Source of the DNA: Chloropicon primus
Lineage: Eukaryota
Direction: 5' to 3'
DNA length: 64,000 bases
Assembly (NCBI GenBank): GCA_023205875.1
Contig: CP060755.1
Coordinates: 1,426,001 to 1,490,000, forward strand
Below the pieces are notes generated by a model, which was not told where the DNA came from, did not search any database, and worked only from the letters and a program-made list of their open reading frames with translations. The translations under genes were made by a program, and so were the position numbers. This document shows, piece by piece, positions 32,912 to 42,233 of the stretch; the stretch's first letter is position 1, and each line of letters opens with the position of its first letter.

Positions 32912-34258
32912 ATGTCGTCGGTCGACTGGATCCGGTTTCAGGGCCACTTCCCTCCTGATTTGCAGGAAGGGAATTTCACGAACAACGCGATGAACCACTT
33001 GCAGGGCTTCTTGAGCAACCGCAAGAAGTCCGCGAACACGAAGTGGGCCTGCGTGACGTCCGGAGGGACGGCAGTTCCCCTCGAGAAGAGGTCGGTGAGG
33101 TTCATCGAGAACATGAGCAAGGGGACCCGGGGGGCACGCTCCACCGAGCAGCTCCTCGACTTGGGGTACAGCGTCATCCTGCTCGTGAGGGACGACGCGG
33201 AGATGCCCTTCGGCTCCCTCCTCGCGAGCAACAAGGCGTGGCACGAGGTGGTGCAGAAGGAGAAGAGCGCGAGGTCCGCGGACACGGACCTGAAATTCAA
33301 GGACAAGTACCAGGACAGGATCTCGGAGAACTTCAAGAGGCAGCAGAAAGCGAAGAAGCAGGAGAAGCTCCTGGTGCTGAAGTACAGAGACGTCTTCGAG
33401 TACATGTGGCTCCTCCACTGCGTGGCCCTGGAGCTCTCGAGCAAGGGGAACAGGGCGCTTTTCTACCTCGCCGCCGCGGTCTCGGACTTTTACATCCCGT
33501 GGCACAAGCTGGCCGAGCACAAGATTCAGTCCCAAGCCGGCACCCTGGCGCTCGAGTTGGAGAACGTCCCGAAGGTGCTCGGCCTCCTGACGCGGGAATG
33601 GGCCCCGCAAGCCTACTGCGTCTCGTTCAAGCTGGAGACGGACCCTGACCTTCTGTTAAGCAAAGCCCGGGGAGCCCTCCAGCAATACGGGGTCCACCTC
33701 GTGGTCGCGAACGAACCTCACAATAAGGCGAGGAAGGTGACGGTTGTGGGAGCAATGGGGGAGCAAGAGGAGATCCAGTTCACGCCTAAAAACAACTGCA
33801 TCGAGGAGCCCCTCGTGGAGCTCGTGGCCCAGAAGCACTCGGTGTTCTTTGGCGAAATCATCAAACCCCAAAGGCCCAACATCAAATTGGATGGGCAGAG
33901 CGAAGGGACGTACGATTACAACAAGAGGAAGGCTGCTGCGGAGATGCTGCCGGAGGATTGCAAGAAGGCCCTGAAGAAGAACAAGAAACCCAAGAGCACG
34001 AGCGATGGAATCACTGTCCCGAAGAGAGCGAAGACGGCTTACCTGTACTTCTGCGAGGAGAGAAGGCCGATCATGAAGAACAGCAATCCTGGTTGGAGCA
34101 TGGTCAATATCACAAAGGAACTCGGGACTGAGTGGCAAGCCTTGCCAGGTGAAGAAAGGAAGAAGTTCGAAGATTTGGCCAAGAACGACCAGCTTCGATA
34201 TGAGATGCAAAACGAGGCCTACCTCGGTCAGCTTAGAACCAAAGCCATGTCCATGTAG
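32912..34258 (+). CDS. PPCS: Phosphopantothenate--cysteine ligase fused to a C-terminal HMG box
   Basis: [50 protein letters not shown], then HMG box [12 protein letters not shown]...ELGTEWQAL...LRY. Confidence 0.9.
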   Translation: MSSVDWIRFQGHFPPDLQEGNFTNNAMNHLQGFLSNRKKSANTKWACVTSGGTAVPLEKRSVRFIENMSKGTRGARSTEQLLDLGYSVILLVRDDAEMPFGSLLASNKAWHEVVQKEKSARSADTDLKFKDKYQDRISENFKRQQKAKKQEKLLVLKYRDVFEYMWLLHCVALELSSKGNRALFYLAAAVSDFYIPWHKLAEHKIQSQAGTLALELENVPKVLGLLTREWAPQAYCVSFKLETDPDLLLSKARGALQQYGVHLVVANEPHNKARKVTVVGAMGEQEEIQFTPKNNCIEEPLVELVAQKHSVFFGEIIKPQRPNIKLDGQSEGTYDYNKRKAAAEMLPEDCKKALKKNKKPKSTSDGITVPKRAKTAYLYFCEERRPIMKNSNPGWSMVNITKELGTEWQALPGEERKKFEDLAKNDQLRYEMQNEAYLGQLRTKAMSM

Positions 34259-34301
34259 AGGGAGGGGGGTGCGGGAGAGTGTACGAATTAACCAGAGCTT
34301 T

Positions 34302-34323
34302 TGTAAGTCTTTTTCTTTTTACA
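34302..34323. promoter_or_regulatory. Opposed TGTAA polyadenylation signals for PPCS-HMG (+) and DRC5 (-)
   Basis: tgtaa at 34302-34306 and ttaca at 34319-34323 in the AT-rich convergent gap. Confidence 0.6.
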
Positions 34324-34358
34324 ATTAGCACGCCTTAGACGAGGTCCTCCTCAATCCA

Positions 34359-35549
34359 CTAGAACGTGAAACGGCTCTTCAACATCTCGCTTATGGCCTT
34401 TTCGTGGTTCTCCCCCACGTTCGACATACGGACGTCGATGCTCTGCAGCGTCTTGTTGGTCTCCAACGCCTCCGAGACGATGGCTCCACCTTCCTCTCCA
34501 AAGTCGTTGCAGGATGCGTCGACGCGGGCCAAAGAAGTGTTCTGTCGAATCAGGTTGCCCAACGCCTTGGTGGAGCTCTCCCCAGCCGCGGTAGCGCTCA
34601 AGTTAAGGGTCGTGAGGCTCTCGTTCTGAGTCGCAGCCTCTATGATTGCCCTGCAGCCCTCGTCTCCAATTCTATTCAGACTCAAATTCAGAGAGAGGAG
34701 AGACTTGTTTGACTTGAGAGCTCTGGCGATAGCCCTCCCCCCCTCCACGTGAATCTGGTTTGACCTCAGGTTTAAAAATACAAGGACGCTCCTCCGATCT
34801 AACAGCGAAGCCAAGGCCTTTACCCCCCTATCTGCAATCTTGTTGTGGCTCAGGTCAAGGTGTGATATCGATTTGTTTTCTGCAATGCCACTGGCAATCA
34901 TCTTCACCCTGTCGTCGTCAAGCAGGTTGCTGGACAGGTTCAGGTACGTCAGGGTCTCCGTCCACTCCAGGGCTCTGGCCAAGCTGACGCAGTCCGAGAG
35001 CTTCATGCCAAAAAGCGACTGCTCGTAATCCATTCCCACGTTGTGCCTGCCGTAAGTGAGCTTCATGAAGAAGAGGTTGCTCAGCAGGGAGGGTGAGAGA
35101 AGTACTTGGAGGTCCATGTGAGAGGGGAGCTGCTTTATGTTCAAGTTGTACACCCACGGCGACGAGAAGGCAAGGAGCCTCTTCAGCTCCTCCAAGTCCT
35201 CGTTCACTGGGTCGAAATTCTCCAGTGTCTGTGCCAAGTTTTTCTCAAAGTAGAGCTGCTTCCAAGAGTCTCCATGGGCGGAGAGCTCGCAATTGCTCCA
35301 CCGGGACTGGGAGCGACGCTTCCAGTACACTTCCTCCTCGATCACGGGGCCTACCAGCTCCAGCGGCAGCTCCAAGCTGAGCAGGTCCACTACCTTTGCC
35401 TTGTTTTCCTTGTCCAAAGACCCGAAACTAGGCTGCAACACGAAGTTCTCAGCCACCACCTTGACGCAAAGATCCTTCAGGGCTGGCACGAAGAGCTCGT
35501 GGCGGTTCAGGTGGTGCGGTATCTCAATTTTCAACGGCTCAACTCCCAT
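34359..35549 (-). CDS. DRC5: Dynein regulatory complex subunit 5 (TCTE1)
   Basis: VPALKDLC, EEVYWKRR, HGDSWKQLYFEKNL, QLPSHMDL, followed by RNI-type LRRs. Confidence 0.82.
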   Translation of the reverse strand: MGVEPLKIEIPHHLNRHELFVPALKDLCVKVVAENFVLQPSFGSLDKENKAKVVDLLSLELPLELVGPVIEEEVYWKRRSQSRWSNCELSAHGDSWKQLYFEKNLAQTLENFDPVNEDLEELKRLLAFSSPWVYNLNIKQLPSHMDLQVLLSPSLLSNLFFMKLTYGRHNVGMDYEQSLFGMKLSDCVSLARALEWTETLTYLNLSSNLLDDDRVKMIASGIAENKSISHLDLSHNKIADRGVKALASLLDRRSVLVFLNLRSNQIHVEGGRAIARALKSNKSLLSLNLSLNRIGDEGCRAIIEAATQNESLTTLNLSATAAGESSTKALGNLIRQNTSLARVDASCNDFGEEGGAIVSEALETNKTLQSIDVRMSNVGENHEKAISEMLKSRFTF

Positions 35550-35955
35550 GGTTGCTTCGCTCCAGGCCGACTTCCGCGACTACTACTACCTCCACACAAT
35601 TGTTGAAAGCAAAACAAAGCAGCACACCGCTGCAACTCAACCAGGGCTCTCAGTCCGCGGAGTCGTGTCCCAATGCAAGCTCAAAAGATGCAAAAGGCTT
35701 GCACACACACACACACACTACCTTCCCCCAGTGTCCCGAAGACGGAGGCAACAACCCCAAGGCGCACAGACAGACAGTGCCTTCCTAAGCTAGGGAGAGT
35801 TGTCCTCCATTTAGTCAAAACTGGGTCGAAATTTTCGAGGAGGAAGTTAGAGCTGGAGGTCTGGAGGACGGGCGACGGGAAGGGAAGGTTGGAGTGGAAG
35901 GGAAGGCTTGCTGGGGTCGTTGCTGGAGTCGAAGGGGTCGCGTTGGGAGGCAATC

Positions 35956-36528
35956 ATGAGGTTCGCAATGGTCTGCGCTTCCAACATGAACCGTTCCATG
36001 GACGCTCACAACCTGCTCAAGGAGGCAGGGCTCGAGGTGGATAGCTACGGGGTGGGTTCCCAGGTGAAGTTGCCAGGCCCGAGCGCCCACGAGCCGAACG
36101 TGTACCCGTTCGGCACTCCCTACGAGGTGATTTACGACGACTTGAGGGCGAAGGACAGATCCCTGTACGAGAGAAATGGCATGCTGAGGCTGCTCGAGCG
36201 GAATGTGAAAGTGAAGCTGGCACCCGAGAGGTGGCAGGAGAACACGACCAAGTTCTATGACGTCGTGATAACTTTCGACGACGTCGTGTTCGACAAGCTG
36301 ATGGACGACGTGCAGAAGAGGGAGCAGAAACTGATGAAGAGCTTTTTGGTGATCAACATGAAGGTGAAGGACACCCCCGCGGAGGCCGGGAAGGCGAGCC
36401 CACTTGCCCTTCAGTTGTGTAAGAAGATAGACGAGTCCGAGGACTGGGAGGACGACATCGAGGAGATCGTGGAGGACTTTAGCAATGAGACGGGGAGAAA
36501 GCCGTTCTACACCGTGTGTTTCTATTAA
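35956..36528 (+). CDS. SSU72: RNA polymerase II CTD phosphatase SSU72
   Basis: Catalytic VCASNMNRSMDAH; VKLPGPS...PNVYPFGT; C-terminal TVCFY. Confidence 0.96.
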   Translation: MRFAMVCASNMNRSMDAHNLLKEAGLEVDSYGVGSQVKLPGPSAHEPNVYPFGTPYEVIYDDLRAKDRSLYERNGMLRLLERNVKVKLAPERWQENTTKFYDVVITFDDVVFDKLMDDVQKREQKLMKSFLVINMKVKDTPAEAGKASPLALQLCKKIDESEDWEDDIEEIVEDFSNETGRKPFYTVCFY

Positions 36529-36563
36529 GAGTGTGTTGTGTTTATTACAAATTTGGTCCGACT

Positions 36564-38078
36564 TCACCTTGTGCGGCTCCGCTTGGGGTTCTGCTGCACC
36601 ACCTCGACATCATCCGAATCATCCGAGAGAGCTCCTTCCTCGCTCGAGGAGACGGAGATAGCCACTCCCATGATCCCCATCTTCTCCTTGCGCGTCAATT
36701 TCGGTGTCTCGGCACCCTCGTGCTTTGGCGAGTCGCCCAACCCGGTTTCGCCCGCTGGCTCTCCCGGGGAGGACTCCTCCAACTTGTCGAGCCGCCTGAT
36801 CAAGAGGCCGTCCATGCGGATGATTCTCATCAAGACGAGCTCACCCGCCTGAGTCTCCGGTGCTGTGAGGACCTGGTGGGCGAATTGGAACGCGCTTTTC
36901 ACCTTCTGGATGTTGAACGAGTTCTTCCCTACGTCTTGGTCTCGCTGCAAGGGGTCCTCGATCGAGAGCAGGTAAGGCCTCTCCACGTTGAAAAAGTCGT
37001 ACGACCTCTTGTCGTAGAAGAAACCTCCCTTCCTGCACGAAATGCCCACCCCGAACATGTCCAGGATGTTGCCATAGAGATCGAAGAAGTCTATGAGGAG
37101 AATCCCAAGGTTTTTCTCACCCCCAGTGATCCTTCTCCTCTCCCTTTTGTCTATCCGGCTCTCGTGGGTCATCAGGAACACGGTCACCATGATGATCAAT
37201 CCGTAGGAACCCACTCCGCCCGAGTACACCTCGTTCAGATCCCTCTGCTGCAGAAATATCTTCAAAATGTAGACAAGCGGCCGAATCAGGGGAATCTTCC
37301 GTATCATGTCCTTGATGAACAGGGCGGCCTCCGGGCCTCCGTCCACGTCGAACGAGATGTCAAACTTCAAGTTGGTCTCCACGTCCTCGAACTTCACGAT
37401 GGGTATCCTTGCCTTGGAAAGCACTAGCAGGTTCTTCGCGATCCCCCTCCTCGAGACGTTCCCCGCGATCTTCCTCAGCGCAAAAGGTATGTCGACGCAG
37501 TTCGACTGCAAGATCACCATATCAATATCACTCGTCGGCAGGTACAACCCAGTCTCGTAGGAGCCGAACACCTCAACCCTGGCGTGCGGCCAGAGGGAGT
37601 GGATAGTCTCCTTGACGCGTGCTATGGCATCGTGCCGCATCTTCCTCTCGTCCGGAGTCGGCTGCAAGAACTCGGTGAACTCCATGATCTCCTGGTGCAG
37701 CCTGAGGAGGGGCGAGTATATTTGATGGCAAGACGCCTCCCAGGGGACAGAGAAATCCTTGAGCGATTGGTCGTCCCGCCGGGCCTCTTCCAGCGGCGGT
37801 TCCTCCTCCGCCCCCTCGTCCTTTCCCTCCTCTTTCTTCAGACCCTCCACCAAAGGGATGAACGTCGGCTCAGCCCGCACCTCCTCTGTTGCTGCCGTTG
37901 CCCCCTCCTCCACCCCCTCCGACCCCCCCTCCTCCTTCTCCTCTTTCCTCTCCGGACTCGGTCCCGCTCCTTCGTCCGCATTCTCCACCAAGCCTATCGA
38001 GAAGTCCACCACCCTGTCGTACTCATACTTCTTCTCCTTCTCCACTCTAACCACCTCCACGCCGTGCAACTCCTCCAT
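36564..38078 (-). CDS. TRF4: Non-canonical poly(A) polymerase, TRF4/PAPD5-like (TRAMP)
   Basis: LHQEIMEF, FGSYETGLYLPTSDIDMVI, ARIPIVKF, LNEVYSGGVGSY and LSIEDP. Confidence 0.92.
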   Translation of the reverse strand: MEELHGVEVVRVEKEKKYEYDRVVDFSIGLVENADEGAGPSPERKEEKEEGGSEGVEEGATAATEEVRAEPTFIPLVEGLKKEEGKDEGAEEEPPLEEARRDDQSLKDFSVPWEASCHQIYSPLLRLHQEIMEFTEFLQPTPDERKMRHDAIARVKETIHSLWPHARVEVFGSYETGLYLPTSDIDMVILQSNCVDIPFALRKIAGNVSRRGIAKNLLVLSKARIPIVKFEDVETNLKFDISFDVDGGPEAALFIKDMIRKIPLIRPLVYILKIFLQQRDLNEVYSGGVGSYGLIIMVTVFLMTHESRIDKRERRRITGGEKNLGILLIDFFDLYGNILDMFGVGISCRKGGFFYDKRSYDFFNVERPYLLSIEDPLQRDQDVGKNSFNIQKVKSAFQFAHQVLTAPETQAGELVLMRIIRMDGLLIRRLDKLEESSPGEPAGETGLGDSPKHEGAETPKLTRKEKMGIMGVAISVSSSEEGALSDDSDDVEVVQQNPKRSRTR

Positions 38079-38183
38079 CCCTCCTCCTCGTCGCCGTCGC
38101 CCTCTCAACTCCTCCGACCCCGGGCATTTTCAAGCAAAGAGAGCGAGAGAGAGAGCGAGAGCGAGCGAGCGAGGAGAGAGGCA

Positions 38184-38708
38184 ATGATGGAGAGAAAGCA
38201 CACGATTGTGTTGTTGCAGCCAGCGTCGAATAAGGCGACCAGGACTTACATGGACTTCGAGACGGTGTCCTCTGCGATGGACGGTAAGGAAGCGAGAAGA
38301 GGAGGAGGAATTCGACAACGGAACGCGTGTGAGGTGGACTCCTTTGGGAGTGGTCTCCCCCTGGTGATCTTGGTTTTGGCACTGAGATCTGTCGGCGTGT
38401 TTGTCGACTCTCGCAGCCGAGGCGGTGAGAAGTGGGATCGAATGGTCCAACGGCTGGCTGACACCCTTGTTTCTCCCCCCCTTCTTACTTTACTTGCAGG
38501 AATTTGCAAGATGTTCGAGAAAAAGCTCAAGGAACTCAACCCTACCGTGTCCACCCTTTCGTACGAGATTGAGGACCTGAATCGATACATAGACTCCCTG
38601 CCGCAGCTGGTGGCGCTGGTTCAGGGTCAGAACAACGCGTACACGCCTCAGGACAAGGAATGGATCAAGAAGCGCATCTACGTTCACCTCAGGAACCAAG
38701 CGTCCTAG
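38184..38708 (+). CDS. ERH: Enhancer of rudimentary homolog (exons 38184-38283, 38500-38708)
   Basis: HTIVLLQ...TRTYMDFETV..MDGICKMFE...YTPQDKEWIKKRIY. Intron 38284-38499. Confidence 0.93.
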   Translation: MMERKHTIVLLQPASNKATRTYMDFETVSSAMDGKEARRGGGIRQRNACEVDSFGSGLPLVILVLALRSVGVFVDSRSRGGEKWDRMVQRLADTLVSPPLLTLLAGICKMFEKKLKELNPTVSTLSYEIEDLNRYIDSLPQLVALVQGQNNAYTPQDKEWIKKRIYVHLRNQAS

Positions 38709-38813
38709 AGTGGTCTGGGTCCAAGTCTCACGTAAGAGCACTCGCTTCGGCCCACCGCGGCACGGATCAGAAAGGTAAAATTATATTGTATTACAAGATA
38801 AAAAAATCACGCT

Positions 38814-40424
38814 TTAGAGCTCGTCGTGGAACTTGCCTTCGGTCAGAAACTTGTAGTCCCTCCTCTTGGCTTCGAGCTCCCCCTCCTCGCAGGCCACTGG
38901 GGTGGTGAAGTCTGCCGAGTACTCGCATACGCTGGGCTCCCCGACCTTGGTGATCTCGTTCTTCGTGCCGCACAGCAAGTTTACCCTGATGCTCCTGTGA
39001 GGACCGTTCCAGCACTTTGCGCCGTTCGAGAACACGAACGTTTTCTGGTCCTCGCTCAAGCCCTGGTAGGTGCCCAAGCTGGTGTGGTCCTGTTTCGCGG
39101 TGCCAAAGGGGCAGACCTCGTAGGTGTACTTCTCTATGACCTTCTTGAAGCACTGGCCGTAAAAGTTCAAGAACTTGTTGTTCTCGCCGAAATCCAACTG
39201 GATGAGGTCTTTCATCTTCTTGAGCTCGGCCTTCATCTTCTTGAGCTCGTCGGTCTGCTTATTCAGCTCGCTCTGGACCTTATCGAACTCGGACTTCTCG
39301 AAGACGCTCTTCACAATGTCAACGCCCTTTTTAAAGATCGAGAGGAAGGAGTTGTCCCCCTTGCCGCTGTCGCTCTCAATGGTCTCGGTCTCCTTCTGAA
39401 AGGTGTCATAGTCGAAGTCGTCCTCCGCGTCGTTGGCCTTGGCGGGAGCCTCCCAAGGCCCGTCCTCCTCCTCGTCCCAGCTTTCTGGCTTTTTGGGCTC
39501 GCTCCCCTCGGTCTCAGGTTCGCTCGCTCGATCCTCCCCGCCAGACCCGTCCTTCTGCGCGGCGTCGGGGTCCCTGGTCCACCGTGAAGCGATCTTCCTC
39601 CCCACGTCCTCGTCCGTCTCCGTCTCCTCGTCCTCCTCGTATTCCTCTTCCTCCTCGTATTCCTTGTCCTCCTCTTCCTCCTCGTCGTAGTCTTCTCCCT
39701 CCTCGCCGATCAGTTCGCCCTCCTTCTCCTGGGCCCTCTTCTTCTCCTCCTCCTCCAGGAGGGCTTCGTTCAGGACCTTGATCTTCGTCTCGAGCTTCTC
39801 GACGAGGATGGAGGTGGCGTTGATCTTCTTCTCCACGAGGGCCACCTTCTTGGCCGTCTCCTCCTTGTCCACGGTGGTTCTCGACATCATGGCGGTCTTC
39901 TCCTTCAGGCCCTGCTCCATGGCGCGGATCTCCTTCTGGAGCTCCTTCCTGAGCTCGCTCCCCTCCTCCGCGCAAGTGTTCTCGCAGCCCCCGCCTCGCT
40001 CGTCCGAACCGTCGCAACAGTCGCACACGCCATCGTCCACGAACATGCTCGACAGGGTCTTCGGCTTGTGGTGGAGGTTCTGGCAGTAGAAGCTCCCATT
40101 CGCGCACGCGGACGTCCCCGGCTCGTCGCTCCCGTCCTTGCAGTCGCAGTAGTCGTCGTTCAAGGCGCTGGCCTTCACCACCTTTGACCCGTCGAAGCAG
40201 GTAAAGGTGTTCCCCAACACCGCCTCCTTGTACCTCTTCCTCTCCGCGGGCGCTATCCCTCGCGTCACCCCCGGCGTCGTCCCCTCGCCCTCCGCCACGC
40301 CCGCGAGCGCGGCGATCACCGCGAGCACGGAAGCCGCGACCACCGCGGCGGGGAGACCACCCCGCCCTCCCTCGATCCACCCCAGCCCTGATCCACTCCT
40401 TCCGTTCCTCTTCCGCGACGACAT
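38814..40424 (-). CDS. Glucosidase II beta subunit (PRKCSH-like)
   Basis: LNDDYCDCKDGSDEPGTSAC, acidic tract, MRH domain (CWNGPHRS, EPSVCEY) and C-terminal HDEL. Confidence 0.95.
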   Translation of the reverse strand: MSSRKRNGRSGSGLGWIEGGRGGLPAAVVAASVLAVIAALAGVAEGEGTTPGVTRGIAPAERKRYKEAVLGNTFTCFDGSKVVKASALNDDYCDCKDGSDEPGTSACANGSFYCQNLHHKPKTLSSMFVDDGVCDCCDGSDERGGGCENTCAEEGSELRKELQKEIRAMEQGLKEKTAMMSRTTVDKEETAKKVALVEKKINATSILVEKLETKIKVLNEALLEEEEKKRAQEKEGELIGEEGEDYDEEEEEDKEYEEEEEYEEDEETETDEDVGRKIASRWTRDPDAAQKDGSGGEDRASEPETEGSEPKKPESWDEEEDGPWEAPAKANDAEDDFDYDTFQKETETIESDSGKGDNSFLSIFKKGVDIVKSVFEKSEFDKVQSELNKQTDELKKMKAELKKMKDLIQLDFGENNKFLNFYGQCFKKVIEKYTYEVCPFGTAKQDHTSLGTYQGLSEDQKTFVFSNGAKCWNGPHRSIRVNLLCGTKNEITKVGEPSVCEYSADFTTPVACEEGELEAKRRDYKFLTEGKFHDEL

Positions 40425-40860
40425 CTCCCCTCGCGAGAAAGCAATCTCAAAAGCGGGCAGCAAAGGTCCCAAAGATCCAAACAACCCAAACCCTGCGAAC
40501 GAAGACGACCTCCTCCGCCAACGACAAGTGTCCCTCCGGGTCCCACTAGCACGAGCGCGCGCGCTTTGGCTCCAAGCTCTCTCTCTCCTTCAATTCAAGT
40601 TCTCTCTTCTTCTCCGAGAGACGATAGGGGCAGAATTCCGAGGAAAGCAGTTATCGGACGTTATCCGAGGAGCGCAGAGACCGGCGGCTCGTGGGTTTTG
40701 CTGGGGCGGAGACGGGTGCAGCAGCGGGGCGATCGAGGGGGAGGTGAGCGACAGGGGGCCGAGTGCGAGCGGCTTTGGCGATCGATCTCGATCGGTGATC
40801 GATCGGAGGGGGTCGGGCGCCCGAAAGACGAGGGGGCGGGGAAAGGAAGGGGGCGACACC

Positions 40861-42192
40861 ATGGGAGGGAGGGGCCTTGGGGAGGGGGGCTGGGAGTGCG
40901 AGGGGGGCGGTCCTCCTCCGCCGGCGAAGGGGCTTCCGGTCGCGGTGGTCGTGGGGGGCGACCTCGAGGCGCTCTGCAGGGAGCTGGAGGGCGAGGATTG
41001 GGTCGGGGGTGCCGCTCGCGCCGAGCCCGAGGACGTGATCGGGAGTCCCATGGGACTGATCGTGGCCGGTCCGGTGGGCAGCAGGAAGAGGAAGAGGGGG
41101 AGCGGCGAGACCTGCGGGACCCCGGAGGGGTCCGTGGAGAGCGAGTACTCCCTCTTCGTGAGGCGGGCGTCCGTGGAGTGCGATCGGAGCCGCAGATCGT
41201 TCGCCTGGTCCGGTGGGTCCTCCGATCGCACGCACAGCGTCACGGAGCCCTTCTTCGACTTCTCGACGGAGGAGAGGGACTACAAGATCCTGCAGAACAT
41301 AGGGGAGGGGACCTTCGCGACCGTCCACCTCTGCGACTACCCGGACAAGAGCCTTTGCGACTTCGCGGCGATCAAGTGCTCCAAGAGCCCAGAGGATAGG
41401 GAGGAGGCGTGGGAGCCGAACAAGGCGGGCTCCACGTACGGAGGGTGCCAGCCGGGGACCGTCACGTACGAGATCCTGGTGTACTTGAAGCTGTGGAGCG
41501 GGGACGACCCTGTTCCCGGCATTCCCAGCATCTTCGACTACGGCGAGCTCGAGGACCAGCACACGTACATCGCGATGCAGCTCCTGGGACCGAGCTGGGA
41601 GCAGATGATCGAGAACGGGACCGCGGGCAAGGGCTTGATCTCTCGCTACCTGGGCCTGCTGGTGAACTCGCTGGAGAAGATTCACGAGAGCGGCATCGTG
41701 CACTGCGACGTGAAGCCCAAGAACATCCTTGCCAAGGACCTCGTGTGCGTCACCGAGCCGTACCTGCTGGACTTCGGCTTGTCCTTTCACCTGGACACGG
41801 CCCAGAGGGGGGACTGCCGCGAGTTCATAGGCACGGCGGACTACAGCTCAGACGACAGGCTGCTGTCGAGGAGGAGCCCTCTCCCCGTGGACGACATGAT
41901 CAGCCTGGGGTACACGGCTCTCCACGCCTGGCTGGGTGATCTGCCCTGGCGCTGCCCCTCCTCCGCTTACGAGGTCGACTCGCTGAACTCCGACAAGTCG
42001 ACGCCGGGCCTCCAAGAGTTTCAGCGCGAGAGGGCGCTGAAGATGGAGGAGGGCCTCGGCCAGTGGGCGCCCTTCTTCAGAGAGTGGTTCGGGTACTGCG
42101 ACGGTGTCGCGAAGGGCAAAGGCGGCATCTCCTACGGCGAGCTCAGAGACATCATCAGGAGGAACGAGAACAGTCTCGCTCAGAGCGCATGA
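40861..42192 (+). CDS. Divergent casein kinase 1-like protein kinase
   Basis: IGEGTFATV, AIK, MQLLGPS, HCDVKPKN, DFGL, FIGTADYSS and DDMISLGY. Confidence 0.8.
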   Translation: MGGRGLGEGGWECEGGGPPPPAKGLPVAVVVGGDLEALCRELEGEDWVGGAARAEPEDVIGSPMGLIVAGPVGSRKRKRGSGETCGTPEGSVESEYSLFVRRASVECDRSRRSFAWSGGSSDRTHSVTEPFFDFSTEERDYKILQNIGEGTFATVHLCDYPDKSLCDFAAIKCSKSPEDREEAWEPNKAGSTYGGCQPGTVTYEILVYLKLWSGDDPVPGIPSIFDYGELEDQHTYIAMQLLGPSWEQMIENGTAGKGLISRYLGLLVNSLEKIHESGIVHCDVKPKNILAKDLVCVTEPYLLDFGLSFHLDTAQRGDCREFIGTADYSSDDRLLSRRSPLPVDDMISLGYTALHAWLGDLPWRCPSSAYEVDSLNSDKSTPGLQEFQRERALKMEEGLGQWAPFFREWFGYCDGVAKGKGGISYGELRDIIRRNENSLAQSA

Positions 42193-42233
42193 GACCCTCC
42201 TCCGATTCGGGTGGATTAAAAATTCTTATAATT

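Noticed and set aside
40207..40860. N-terminal extension of the kinase ORF
   Set aside because: It overlaps the divergent glucosidase II beta start and promoter, and has no in-frame ATG until 40861.
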